Shown here one piece after another: positions 17,262 to 25,387 of a DNA stretch of 47,965 bases. The translations under genes were made by a program, and so were the position numbers. The stretch comes from an uncultured Candidatus Saccharibacteria bacterium. Its GTDB lineage: Bacteria; Patescibacteriota; Minisyncoccia; Phycocordibacterales; CAIZLB01. The number at the start of each line of letters is the position of its first letter. Positions within the stretch are counted from its first letter, which is position 1. The stretch spans positions 6,467-54,431 of the forward strand of contig CAYUCM010000001.1 of NCBI GenBank assembly GCA_964443365.1, given 5' to 3'. The notes under the pieces were generated by a model. It saw only the letters and a program-made list of their open reading frames with translations, was not told the DNA's origin and did no database searches.

Positions 17262-17882
17262 ATGATTGGATATCTAAAAGGAAAACCTGTCTACAGAGAC
17301 GCAAAATTTGTTATTTTAAACACCGGCGGAGATGTTTTTGGTGTTGGATACAAAGTATATACAACATCTGATGTCCTTATGGGTATGAATAATGAATCAG
17401 GTGACAGTGGTGACACCATAGAACTTTGGATACACACCGTCGTCAAAGATGACGCCATTGATCTTTATGGATTTAACAAAAGAGATGATTTAAATTTCTT
17501 TGAACTTTTACTAACCGTATCTGGAATAGGGCCAAAATCTGCTTTAAATATACTAAATTTGGCAAACACAAAGAACATAAGCCAAGCTATTCAAACTGGA
17601 GACACCTCATATTTGACCAAAATATCAGGTATTAGCAAAAAAATCGCAGATAAAATAGTTTTGGAGCTTAAGGGTAAGGTGGACGATATGTATGATGATG
17701 AGCTTGACAATGTGGTCAATAAAAACAAAAATAGCATCGAGGTTGAAGCACTAGAGGCCCTTAAATCTCTTGGCTACACTCAAAAAGAAGCAAAGGATGC
17801 GCTTGATAATGTATCGCAGGAAATCAAAAACTCAAAGGATATAGGCGTCATAATTAAAGCAACGCTCAAGATGTTAAACTAG
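17262..17882 (+). CDS. ruvA: Holliday junction DNA helicase RuvA
   Basis: MIGYLKGKP...LYGFNKRDDLNFFELLLTVSGIGPKSALNIL (HhH motifs). Start chosen at Met7 of the track ORF. Confidence 0.85.
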   Translation: MIGYLKGKPVYRDAKFVILNTGGDVFGVGYKVYTTSDVLMGMNNESGDSGDTIELWIHTVVKDDAIDLYGFNKRDDLNFFELLLTVSGIGPKSALNILNLANTKNISQAIQTGDTSYLTKISGISKKIADKIVLELKGKVDDMYDDELDNVVNKNKNSIEVEALEALKSLGYTQKEAKDALDNVSQEIKNSKDIGVIIKATLKMLN

Positions 17883-17890
17883 TTAAATTA

Positions 17891-18883
17891 ATGCCGGAAT
17901 TACCAGAAGTACAAACAACCGTTAATGGACTCAACAAAAAAGTTAAGGGATTCAAAATAACTCAAGTTTGGAGTTCTTATAATAGTTCATATTATAAATC
18001 AAAAGAGAATATAAAAAATCTCGCTTTTTTTGACGAATTTAAATCAAGAATTACGGGCGCCACAATTTTAAAATCAGAACGACGCGGAAAAAATATTTTA
18101 ATTCACTTAAATAACGATGAAACAATTCTAATTCACATGAAAATGACGGGGCATTTAATGTTTGGTGAGTATGTTTTTTCTAATAACAAAATGGACGAGA
18201 AGGATCCATGGAAGCCACAAAACCCCAAGAACAAGGCCTTGAACGACCCATTTAATAGAAACATAAGATTTGTTTTGTCTTTAGAAAAAGACGGGGCAAA
18301 CGTGAATGCGGGTGCAAAAAATACAAATAAAACAACAAAAAAGGTAGCGGGGGCTGAAAAACACCTCGTACTTTCTGACACAAGAAAATTTGCAAAAATA
18401 ACTGTTCATAAAAGTAATACAGCGAGCCACTCCCCCGATCTATCTCATCTTGGACCAGAGCCTCTAGATAAGTCTTTTGATTTTAATGTTTTTAAGAAGC
18501 AGATTTTTAAAAAACCAACTGGCAAAATCAAGACGGTTCTTTTAGACCAAACAATAATCGCAGGTATTGGAAACATATATTCTGATGAATCTTTGTGGTT
18601 AGCGGGAATTCACCCGGAAAGACTCGTTAAAAATATTAAGGAGAATGAATTGAAAAAACTTTATCAATCTGTAATTTTGGTTTTGAAACATGGAATAGAT
18701 TTTGGAGGAGATTCAATGTCGGATTATAGAAATATCGATGGAGAAAAAGGTGGTTTTCAAGAAAGACATAACGTTTACAGAAAAAATAAAGAGAAGTGTG
18801 GCAAGCGCGGATGCGAGGGTTTTATTAAAAGAATTGTTGTTGGTGGAAGAGGCACACACCTTTGCGATAAGCATCAAGTTTAA
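17891..18883 (+). CDS. mutM: formamidopyrimidine-DNA glycosylase (Fpg/MutM) with a low-complexity insertion
   Basis: MPELPEVQT catalytic N-terminus, H2TH region IAGIGNIYSDESLW, C-terminal zinc-finger-like CGKRGC...HLCDKH. Confidence 0.85.
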   Translation: MPELPEVQTTVNGLNKKVKGFKITQVWSSYNSSYYKSKENIKNLAFFDEFKSRITGATILKSERRGKNILIHLNNDETILIHMKMTGHLMFGEYVFSNNKMDEKDPWKPQNPKNKALNDPFNRNIRFVLSLEKDGANVNAGAKNTNKTTKKVAGAEKHLVLSDTRKFAKITVHKSNTASHSPDLSHLGPEPLDKSFDFNVFKKQIFKKPTGKIKTVLLDQTIIAGIGNIYSDESLWLAGIHPERLVKNIKENELKKLYQSVILVLKHGIDFGGDSMSDYRNIDGEKGGFQERHNVYRKNKEKCGKRGCEGFIKRIVVGGRGTHLCDKHQV

Positions 18884-19416
18884 AGACTAAACAGAATGAT
18901 ACCAGCGGTCACAGAGACATTTAAAGACTCCTTCTCTCCCGCCATAGGTATTTCTGCTATATAATCGGCATATTTTAAAAGAGTTTTAGAAAGCCCGTCA
19001 ACCTCGTTACCAAAAACAAATGCCAATTTTTCAGCGCGCAGGTTTTTTATTTTTTTATAATCGATGGATTTTGGCGCCTGCTCTACGGCAACAATTTTAT
19101 AGCCTTCTTTTTTAATTTTCTTAAAAAGCGCAGCGTGCGTTTTAAAATATTCCCAGGGAATAGTTTTTTCTGCCCCTAGGGCAGTTTTAGCAATTTGACT
19201 ATCTGGACGATTAAATTTATCCAAAGGTCTTGGCGAATACCCAGACAGATACACCATAGAAACACCCGCCGCGTCTGATGTTCTAAAGATAGAGCCAATA
19301 TTATAGGAGCTTCTTATGTCTGGCAAAACAACCGCTATTTTAAAAGACGGCTTTGTGTCTAGCTCAACTTTTTTAAGGGAAGGCTTGGGTTTTTTGTTGG
19401 TTTTAGTATTGGACAT
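18880..19416 (-). CDS. SpoU/TrmH-family RNA 2'-O-methyltransferase
   Basis: Motifs NIGSIFRTSDAAGV, FVFGNEVDGLS and IPMAGEKESLNVSVTAGIILF. Confidence 0.8.
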   Translation of the reverse strand: MSNTKTNKKPKPSLKKVELDTKPSFKIAVVLPDIRSSYNIGSIFRTSDAAGVSMVYLSGYSPRPLDKFNRPDSQIAKTALGAEKTIPWEYFKTHAALFKKIKKEGYKIVAVEQAPKSIDYKKIKNLRAEKLAFVFGNEVDGLSKTLLKYADYIAEIPMAGEKESLNVSVTAGIILFSL

Positions 19417-19494
19417 TTTCTTATTTTTTGATATAGTTCTAACATTATTTGAATTTGTTTACAAATTTAAATGATTAACCCCGCAAGGGGTTAT

Positions 19495-19567
19495 CCGCCC
19501 GTAGCTCAGATGGTAGAGCACCTGCCTTTTAAGCAGAGGGTCGTAGGTTCGATTCCTACCGGGCGGA
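19495..19567 (+). tRNA. tRNA-Lys (anticodon UUU), apparent C1-G72 first pair, no encoded CCA
   Basis: ccgcccg-ta-gctcagatggtagagc-a-cctgc-ctTTTaa-gcaga-gggtc-gtaggttcgattcctac-cgggcgg-a. Confidence 0.75.
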
Positions 19568-19651
19568 CATTGAATTGTATTTCCAAGCAATAACACGGCG
19601 GCGGTAGTGGTAACAGCCACATGAAGTATGCAAAACAAGAGACAACATCCA

Positions 19652-19684
19652 AAAAACACCAGACCAATACAGGCTGGTGTTTTT
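19652..19684 (+). terminator. intrinsic terminator about 85 nt downstream of tRNA-Lys
   Basis: aaaaacaccag-(11-nt loop)-ctggtgttttt. Confidence 0.65.
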
Positions 19685-19913
19685 GGGTATTATCTCTGTT
19701 TTTCTAAATGCAAACGACTGGCATTTAGAAATTTGATATCCTAAAGGGTGTATAGTCGGCGCCAATTCAGCCTTGTTTTATTGAATTTACTAGTTATTTT
19801 ATGCGTATTCTCCACGCCTTTAGATGTGTGTTTTGGTAATGCAAGTCACTTGCGTTTGACCTGTTATTTCACCTGTATTTAACCCATCACCTCGTCTATA
19901 TTTACCACCCTCA

Positions 19914-20705
19914 TTACAAACCCAACGTCATCCTCTCCAACTCCACCATCAAATCCCCTTCGCCCCGGTGTGCATCGTGATAAATTAAAACCAGCTGTTT
20001 TAAAATAGAATTCAACTCATCATCACCCCACGACAATGATGCCTTTTTGGATTTTTGAAAAACATAAGGAGAAAGCCCTGCGTTTTTAGCACCCCCCGCA
20101 TCCTTACAGTTTTTTGCCAAAAAGACAGATTTAAATTGCCACCACAAAACTCCATGTATTTCCTCTCCCGCAAGCTCGGCTTCTTTTAATTTTTGAAATT
20201 CTTGCCACGCCAAAGCTTTGTTTCTAATAGCAAAGTTTTCAGCAAAAGCAAAAGATGTTGGTCTTTCTTTTTTAAGTGATAAAGTTTGATTTGTACGATT
20301 TTCCCCAGCCGAAGATTCGTCAAAATGAAAAACCTTAAAAGCGTACTTTTCTAGCTTTTTTAAATTTGGGGCAGACATCTTTTCCTCGACAATAATCCAA
20401 GCGTGATCACTTTCCTTAAAATTTTCTAAGTTTTTTATCAAGAAATCTGAAATTTCTGAGTTTGCATTATTGGCCGACTTTGATGCACCGGCACTTAGTG
20501 TTATCAATCTATCTAAAACAACAATATATTTTGCCAAAAACAAACCCTGACTAGACAAAAGCTCGTTTAATAAATCCAAAGACGCACCGTCCTCATTTAT
20601 TTTATACAAAGAAACATCAGGCTGTTTCTTTTGCATTATAGAAACAAGCTCGTTTTGCTTAGCTTTTATTTTATCTATATTTGTTCCGTGTATGAGGTAT
20701 AGCAT
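19914..20705 (-). CDS. possible DNA polymerase III delta subunit (HolA-like), short form
   Basis: The N-terminus MLYLIHGTNIDKIKAKQNEL...GLFLAKYIVVLD resembles the HolA N-domain pattern. It lies immediately downstream of polA. Weak call. Confidence 0.4.
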   Translation of the reverse strand: MLYLIHGTNIDKIKAKQNELVSIMQKKQPDVSLYKINEDGASLDLLNELLSSQGLFLAKYIVVLDRLITLSAGASKSANNANSEISDFLIKNLENFKESDHAWIIVEEKMSAPNLKKLEKYAFKVFHFDESSAGENRTNQTLSLKKERPTSFAFAENFAIRNKALAWQEFQKLKEAELAGEEIHGVLWWQFKSVFLAKNCKDAGGAKNAGLSPYVFQKSKKASLSWGDDELNSILKQLVLIYHDAHRGEGDLMVELERMTLGL

Positions 20706-20717
20706 TTTAGTATTTTA

Positions 20718-23147
20718 TCATAAACCCTCCATCTCGCTCCAATTCTCACCAATATTAGAAGATGTCATCAAAGGAACACCATTTGACTGCTCGTCACTTA
20801 AAACATCCTGCATTTTTTCTTGAATAATTTTGGTGATTTGATTTATAAACTCCTTATTATCCTCAACTTCAAAAACTAATTCATCATGAACTTGTAACAA
20901 CATTTTTACACGCCCCTGCGCGCCGTTTTTGGGATCGTTTATATAATCATAAATTTTACGCATGCTAATTTTAAGGATATCAGCAGAAGTTCCTTGTACC
21001 GGCGCATTAATAGCCATTCTTTCAGCCGCCGCACGTATAAAAGGAAGCCTTGATTTTATTCCCTCAAAATATCTTCTTCTTCCAAACAAGGTCTCTGTAT
21101 AGCCCTTTTGCCCAGCCAGCTTTTTGGTATTTTCCAAATAATCAGCAATACCAGAAAAAGTTTTAAAATATTCATTATAAAAGTTTTGGGCTTCTTCCTT
21201 GGTACTTTCCAAATTTCCCCTTAATGCATTAACTCCCATACCATATAAAATTCCAAAATTAATAACCTTGGCCTTTCTTCTCATGTCTTTTGTAACATCT
21301 TCTTCTTTCACGCCAAACACTCTTGAAGCAACACCAGTGTGAACATCCTGCCCTTTCTTAAAGATTTCAATTAAATTTTTATCTCCAGAGAGTACCGCCG
21401 CAATTCTTAATTCAATTTGCGAATAATCAAAAGACATAAGCTTAAAGCCTTTTTGTGCGATAAAAGCACCGCGCACCCTTCTTCCAAGCTCTGTCTTAAT
21501 CGGTATGTTTTGCAAATTTGGATTTTGCGATGACATTCTTCCTGTTGTTGTTCCCGCTTGTAAAAACCTAGCATGAAGCCTGCCTTCTGAATCTGTTAGC
21601 GTTGGGAGTGTGTCTACATAAGTGGAGAGTAGTTTTGCAAGCTCTCTATATTCTAATATTTTATCTATTATGGGATGAGCTCCTTTTAATTTTTCAAGCT
21701 CAGACTCTTTTGTAGAACGAGCTCCTCCAGCCGTCTTCTTCATTCTCTTTCCAGATTCAAGCAGAGACATTAAATTCATTTCGTCAAAAAGAACGCCCGA
21801 GAGTTGCTTTGGGGAATCTATATTAAATTCCCTACCCGCCATACTCCAAATTTCTTTTTCTAATCTGGAAAGTTCCTTGTGATAATCTTCAGAAAGTTTT
21901 GCTAGAAATTTTTTATCGAGCAAAATTCCATTCTCCTCTATTTGTTTAACAACAGGAATTAGTGGAATTTCTATTTCATTTAAAACAAATTCAAGGCCCT
22001 GCTTTTTAATCTCTCCCATTAAATATTTTTCTGCGTCTTCATATTTTTTTGTCTTTGTATAACGCAAAACATCTTCATACGACGGATTAGTGATTGTGGA
22101 ATTTAAAACCCAAAGCGCCAAACACACTTTTTGTTTTTGTTCCTCAGAAATGTTTTCAACCTTATTTATAGGCTCTTTTTGAACGTCTTCACCCTTTCCC
22201 TTTTCCAATACACCTCGCAATCTTTGCCCAAGAGTTCTGAATTCAAATTCGTCAAATATTGATTGAACCTTGTTTACATCAAGAGTCTCAGTCCACGTCT
22301 TTTGAGGAATTTCAAAATCTATTGAAGCATCCCTTCTTATTGTTGCAAGCATTTTGCTAAATTTTGCTTCCTCCTCGCCATTAACAAGCAGGTCAAATAT
22401 TCTCTCTGTTACACCAAGTTTTTTAAAATCCGCTCTAATTTTTAAATTGTCTTTTTCAGATTTTTTAGAGTCTTCAATTTTTTTGTAAAGATTTTCAATA
22501 GTATGAAAATTAGAGATTAAAGTAGTGGCTGTTTTTTCTCCAATACCAACAATTCCAATAATGTTATCAGAAGTATCACCTCTAAGACCCTTATAGTCTG
22601 GCAAATATTGAGGTTCAAAACCAAAACGATCAATGACCGCCTGTTCATCGTATAAAACAGTATCCTTTATTCCTTTTTTTAAAGTAAAAACAATAACCTC
22701 CTTTTTTCTTATAAGTTGCATGGTGTCCATATCCCCAGATGCAATTATAATCTTCAGGTTTTTTTCATCTTTTGTTTTTTCTACAATTGTTCCCAAAATA
22801 TCATCCGCCTCAAAACCAGGTTTATCATAAATTGGAATATTAAACGATTCAAAAATATTTCTTGATAGTTTTAACTGTTCAACCAACTCATCATCGCTCT
22901 TTTTTCTACCAGCCTTATAATCCTTATAGGCCTCATGTCTATATGTTGGCTGAGGTAAATCATAACAAGCCACAATATAATCTGGATTAAATTTTTCAAT
23001 AATTCCAATTAGCATTGACGAAAGACCATACAGCGCACCGGTTGGAACACCCTTGGATGAAGAAAAATCAGGCAAGGCGTGATATCCTCTATGAATTATT
23101 GCATGAGAATCAAGTAATACTAACGTTTTTTCCTTATTGTTGGTCAT
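20718..23147 (-). CDS. polA: DNA polymerase I
   Basis: 5'-3' exonuclease N-domain (LLDSHAIIHRGYHA...GDTSDNIIGIVGIGEKTA). Pol A motifs: SFDYSQIELRI, RRKAKVINFGILYGM, QVHDELVFE. Confidence 0.9.
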   Translation of the reverse strand: MTNNKEKTLVLLDSHAIIHRGYHALPDFSSSKGVPTGALYGLSSMLIGIIEKFNPDYIVACYDLPQPTYRHEAYKDYKAGRKKSDDELVEQLKLSRNIFESFNIPIYDKPGFEADDILGTIVEKTKDEKNLKIIIASGDMDTMQLIRKKEVIVFTLKKGIKDTVLYDEQAVIDRFGFEPQYLPDYKGLRGDTSDNIIGIVGIGEKTATTLISNFHTIENLYKKIEDSKKSEKDNLKIRADFKKLGVTERIFDLLVNGEEEAKFSKMLATIRRDASIDFEIPQKTWTETLDVNKVQSIFDEFEFRTLGQRLRGVLEKGKGEDVQKEPINKVENISEEQKQKVCLALWVLNSTITNPSYEDVLRYTKTKKYEDAEKYLMGEIKKQGLEFVLNEIEIPLIPVVKQIEENGILLDKKFLAKLSEDYHKELSRLEKEIWSMAGREFNIDSPKQLSGVLFDEMNLMSLLESGKRMKKTAGGARSTKESELEKLKGAHPIIDKILEYRELAKLLSTYVDTLPTLTDSEGRLHARFLQAGTTTGRMSSQNPNLQNIPIKTELGRRVRGAFIAQKGFKLMSFDYSQIELRIAAVLSGDKNLIEIFKKGQDVHTGVASRVFGVKEEDVTKDMRRKAKVINFGILYGMGVNALRGNLESTKEEAQNFYNEYFKTFSGIADYLENTKKLAGQKGYTETLFGRRRYFEGIKSRLPFIRAAAERMAINAPVQGTSADILKISMRKIYDYINDPKNGAQGRVKMLLQVHDELVFEVEDNKEFINQITKIIQEKMQDVLSDEQSNGVPLMTSSNIGENWSEMEGL

Positions 23148-23155
23148 TTACCAAG

Positions 23156-23164
23156 ATTATAGCA
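23156..23164 (-). promoter_or_regulatory. extended -10 element (TGcTATAAT) for polA, inside the end of tsaE
   Basis: Minus strand reads gaTGcTATAATcttggtaaATG, 8 nt to the ATG at 23147. Confidence 0.45.
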
Positions 23165-23675
23165 TCATTCCATTTATCTGGTTAGGATTTGGACTAAAGA
23201 ACATTTTTCTTGTGTTTTCGTCAATAAATTCAAATTCTATTATTGGCGAATCTTTTGGTAGTACGTCCAAATCAGCCACCATTTCTGGCCACTCAAAACA
23301 AATTAAATTCTTTGGATTTTTAAGAGTATTTTCAAAATCAATTGATAAAATCTCTTTGGCGGACTCTAAACGAAAGGCATCGATATGAATCAGCGTGTCA
23401 AAAGGTATAATCAAATCATTATTTATTTGATCTTTTTTAATTTTATATCTTTTTTCTATCGAAAATGTAGGACTGGTTATTTCCTCCTCAACACCTAAAA
23501 GTAAACCTAGTTTTTTTGTGAAGGTTGTTTTTCCAGAACCCAAATCACCCCTTAAAACAAGCACTGTTGCTAGATTGTCTTTTTGAGAAGTGGCGCTTTC
23601 TTTGATTAATTCGTTCAGAACAGTTTCTGCAAAAGCCAGTGTGTCATCTACAGAATACGATGTAAAATTAATCAT
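23157..23675 (-). CDS. tsaE: tRNA t6A biosynthesis ATPase TsaE (YjeE)
   Basis: VLRGDLGSGKTTFTKKL Walker A, plus SPTFSI and HIDAFR(L) motifs. Start moved to MINFTSY so it does not overlap the upstream gene ending at 23692. Confidence 0.75.
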   Translation of the reverse strand: MINFTSYSVDDTLAFAETVLNELIKESATSQKDNLATVLVLRGDLGSGKTTFTKKLGLLLGVEEEITSPTFSIEKRYKIKKDQINNDLIIPFDTLIHIDAFRLESAKEILSIDFENTLKNPKNLICFEWPEMVADLDVLPKDSPIIEFEFIDENTRKMFFSPNPNQINGMML

Positions 23676-23691
23676 TTTTGGTATTGTTTGA

Positions 23692-24966
23692 TTATTTTCT
23701 ATCCATGAGTGGTTTAACCCTGGTTTCATATGCTCTTTTTCTTCCGGCTTCATCAAGTTTTGAAAATTCAACTATTACCCGAAGAATCGCGTGATTATGA
23801 TCACTAATATTATAAAGAGCGCTATCAAATTTTCTTTGACTAGGTTTTCCACCCTCCATTAAATTTGGATCGTTTGGATCAATGGATTTTTTTACATCTT
23901 TATCAAATTGATCATAGTCAAAAGTGGACATGTTTCCCTTACCCTCTTTTGTATACTCTCTGAATGACTTTACCCCACCGAGTTTTCCGTAAGCAGGAAA
24001 AACACCCTCGCGTGTAACCATCAGCCTGTAGTAAACAAAAGAATCTACAGGTATACCTTGATTGGCGTGACTTTCCATTATTTGAAGAGCATAAACATTG
24101 TTTTTAGCATCCCAACCAATAATTCCATGTTTAATAGCCATATTTGTCGCTGGATTTAGGATTAGGGTTGATTTTTTTGTAGGCAAACCATTCTCAACAC
24201 CAGTAAACGCACCAAGATATTGTTTTATTTTTTCTCCCGGACCCTCCTGGCTTGCGTAAGTTCCATTTCTTTCCTTGCTAGGGGTTGCTTTATTTACCTC
24301 AGAATTCTGGTTTGTAGCCGAGCTATGATTCTCTGGAGTTTCTTTTGATGTAGTTTCATTTTCTGTATCAACACTTAACCTTATTTTTATACCATAAGTT
24401 CCATCCTCCCTCTTTTCAACACCAACACCCGGAGAAAAAGTAACGTCATTTTTGGTTTTCTGATTGCAGGCAACTAAAGCCAAAGGAAAGGCCACCGCCA
24501 AAGCAACACCCTTTTTTGTATATCTTTGAAAGAAACTTATTTTTCCACCTTCGTCGTTTTCAGAACCCTCACCCTCGGCATCAGACACTTCTGATAATAC
24601 GGTTTCTGTTTCTTGACCGCCTTCTGATGGTGAAGCTTCACCCTCATCAACAAACAGACCATCTGTAAAATCAAATACAGGCTCTCCTGGAGAAAGGTCT
24701 GTATTTGAAAGATCGGGTAGTTCATCTTCAAAATCCTTGATAAAAGCCCCTGGATCTAATTTGAGTTGGTTTTCAGCAAAGACAAACTCAGGGGAAGAAT
24801 AATTAAGATTAATATCTTCCAATGCTTTTAACTCGCCTTCTATATTTAGACCACTCCCAATTGCATCTGAGTTTGTTGTTACTGAACCCTGAGATTCAAC
24901 ACCAACTTCTGTGCTTTCAGCACCAACCTCCGGAACTTCTGTTTTGTGTTTGAAGAAATTAAACAT
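23692..24966 (-). CDS. orphan bitopic membrane protein: acidic N-terminal about 150 aa, one TM, about 255-aa external domain
   Basis: 424-aa ORF. TM GVALAVAFPLALVAC at about aa 153-167. No family recognised. Confidence 0.55.
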   Translation of the reverse strand: MFNFFKHKTEVPEVGAESTEVGVESQGSVTTNSDAIGSGLNIEGELKALEDINLNYSSPEFVFAENQLKLDPGAFIKDFEDELPDLSNTDLSPGEPVFDFTDGLFVDEGEASPSEGGQETETVLSEVSDAEGEGSENDEGGKISFFQRYTKKGVALAVAFPLALVACNQKTKNDVTFSPGVGVEKREDGTYGIKIRLSVDTENETTSKETPENHSSATNQNSEVNKATPSKERNGTYASQEGPGEKIKQYLGAFTGVENGLPTKKSTLILNPATNMAIKHGIIGWDAKNNVYALQIMESHANQGIPVDSFVYYRLMVTREGVFPAYGKLGGVKSFREYTKEGKGNMSTFDYDQFDKDVKKSIDPNDPNLMEGGKPSQRKFDSALYNISDHNHAILRVIVEFSKLDEAGRKRAYETRVKPLMDRK

Positions 24967-25014
24967 ATTTTTATCGATTTATTACTATACCAAGTATTAT
25001 ATACCAAATTTAAT

Positions 25015-25050
25015 AAAACAAAACACCCCGCTTGAGGTGTTTTGTTTTGT
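25015..25050. terminator. bidirectional intrinsic terminator
   Basis: aaaacaaacacc-ccgcttga-ggtgttttgtttt (one bulged base), with T tracts on both strands. Confidence 0.7.
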
Positions 25051-25069
25051 AAAAAACCAACCTATACCC

Positions 25070-25372
25070 CTATTCCTCTATTTGCTTTAAAGTTTCATCG
25101 TCTGTAGCAAGTTCCAAAACAGCCTCGTCCAAATCATTACCTAGTTTTTGTTCTGCTTTTTTTACAAAAGCAATGTCATCCGCTGTTTCTTCTTCCTCTG
25201 TTGGTCTTTTAATAGCTTCTACCTCTTGGCAAACAGGGTCTAATTCTTTTGCTATTTCCGCTGTGTCATCCTTGATTTGCTGTACCCTTTTTGCGAGAAA
25301 GGCTTCTAATTCTTCCCCTGTTAATCCCTTGATATCATCAGCCGTTATTGGTGTTGTGTTATTTTGTTGCAT
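25070..25372 (-). CDS. small acidic hypothetical protein
   Basis: 100-aa ORF starting 16 nt after the stop of the 721-aa gene. Glu/Asp-rich and helical in appearance. Confidence 0.5.
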   Translation of the reverse strand: MQQNNTTPITADDIKGLTGEELEAFLAKRVQQIKDDTAEIAKELDPVCQEVEAIKRPTEEEETADDIAFVKKAEQKLGNDLDEAVLELATDDETLKQIEE

Positions 25373-25387
25373 GATTTTTATTTGGTT

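Noticed and set aside
18260-18370. Low-complexity insertion (KDGANVNAGAKNTNKTTKKVAGAEK) in MutM as a possible inserted element or frameshift
   Set aside because: The frame is continuous and conserved Fpg motifs occur on both sides. It looks like a lineage-specific surface loop.
19459-19765. 66-aa and 69-aa minus-strand ORFs
   Set aside because: They run antisense through tRNA-Lys and its terminator. No promoter geometry like that of the real genes, and no recognisable protein features.
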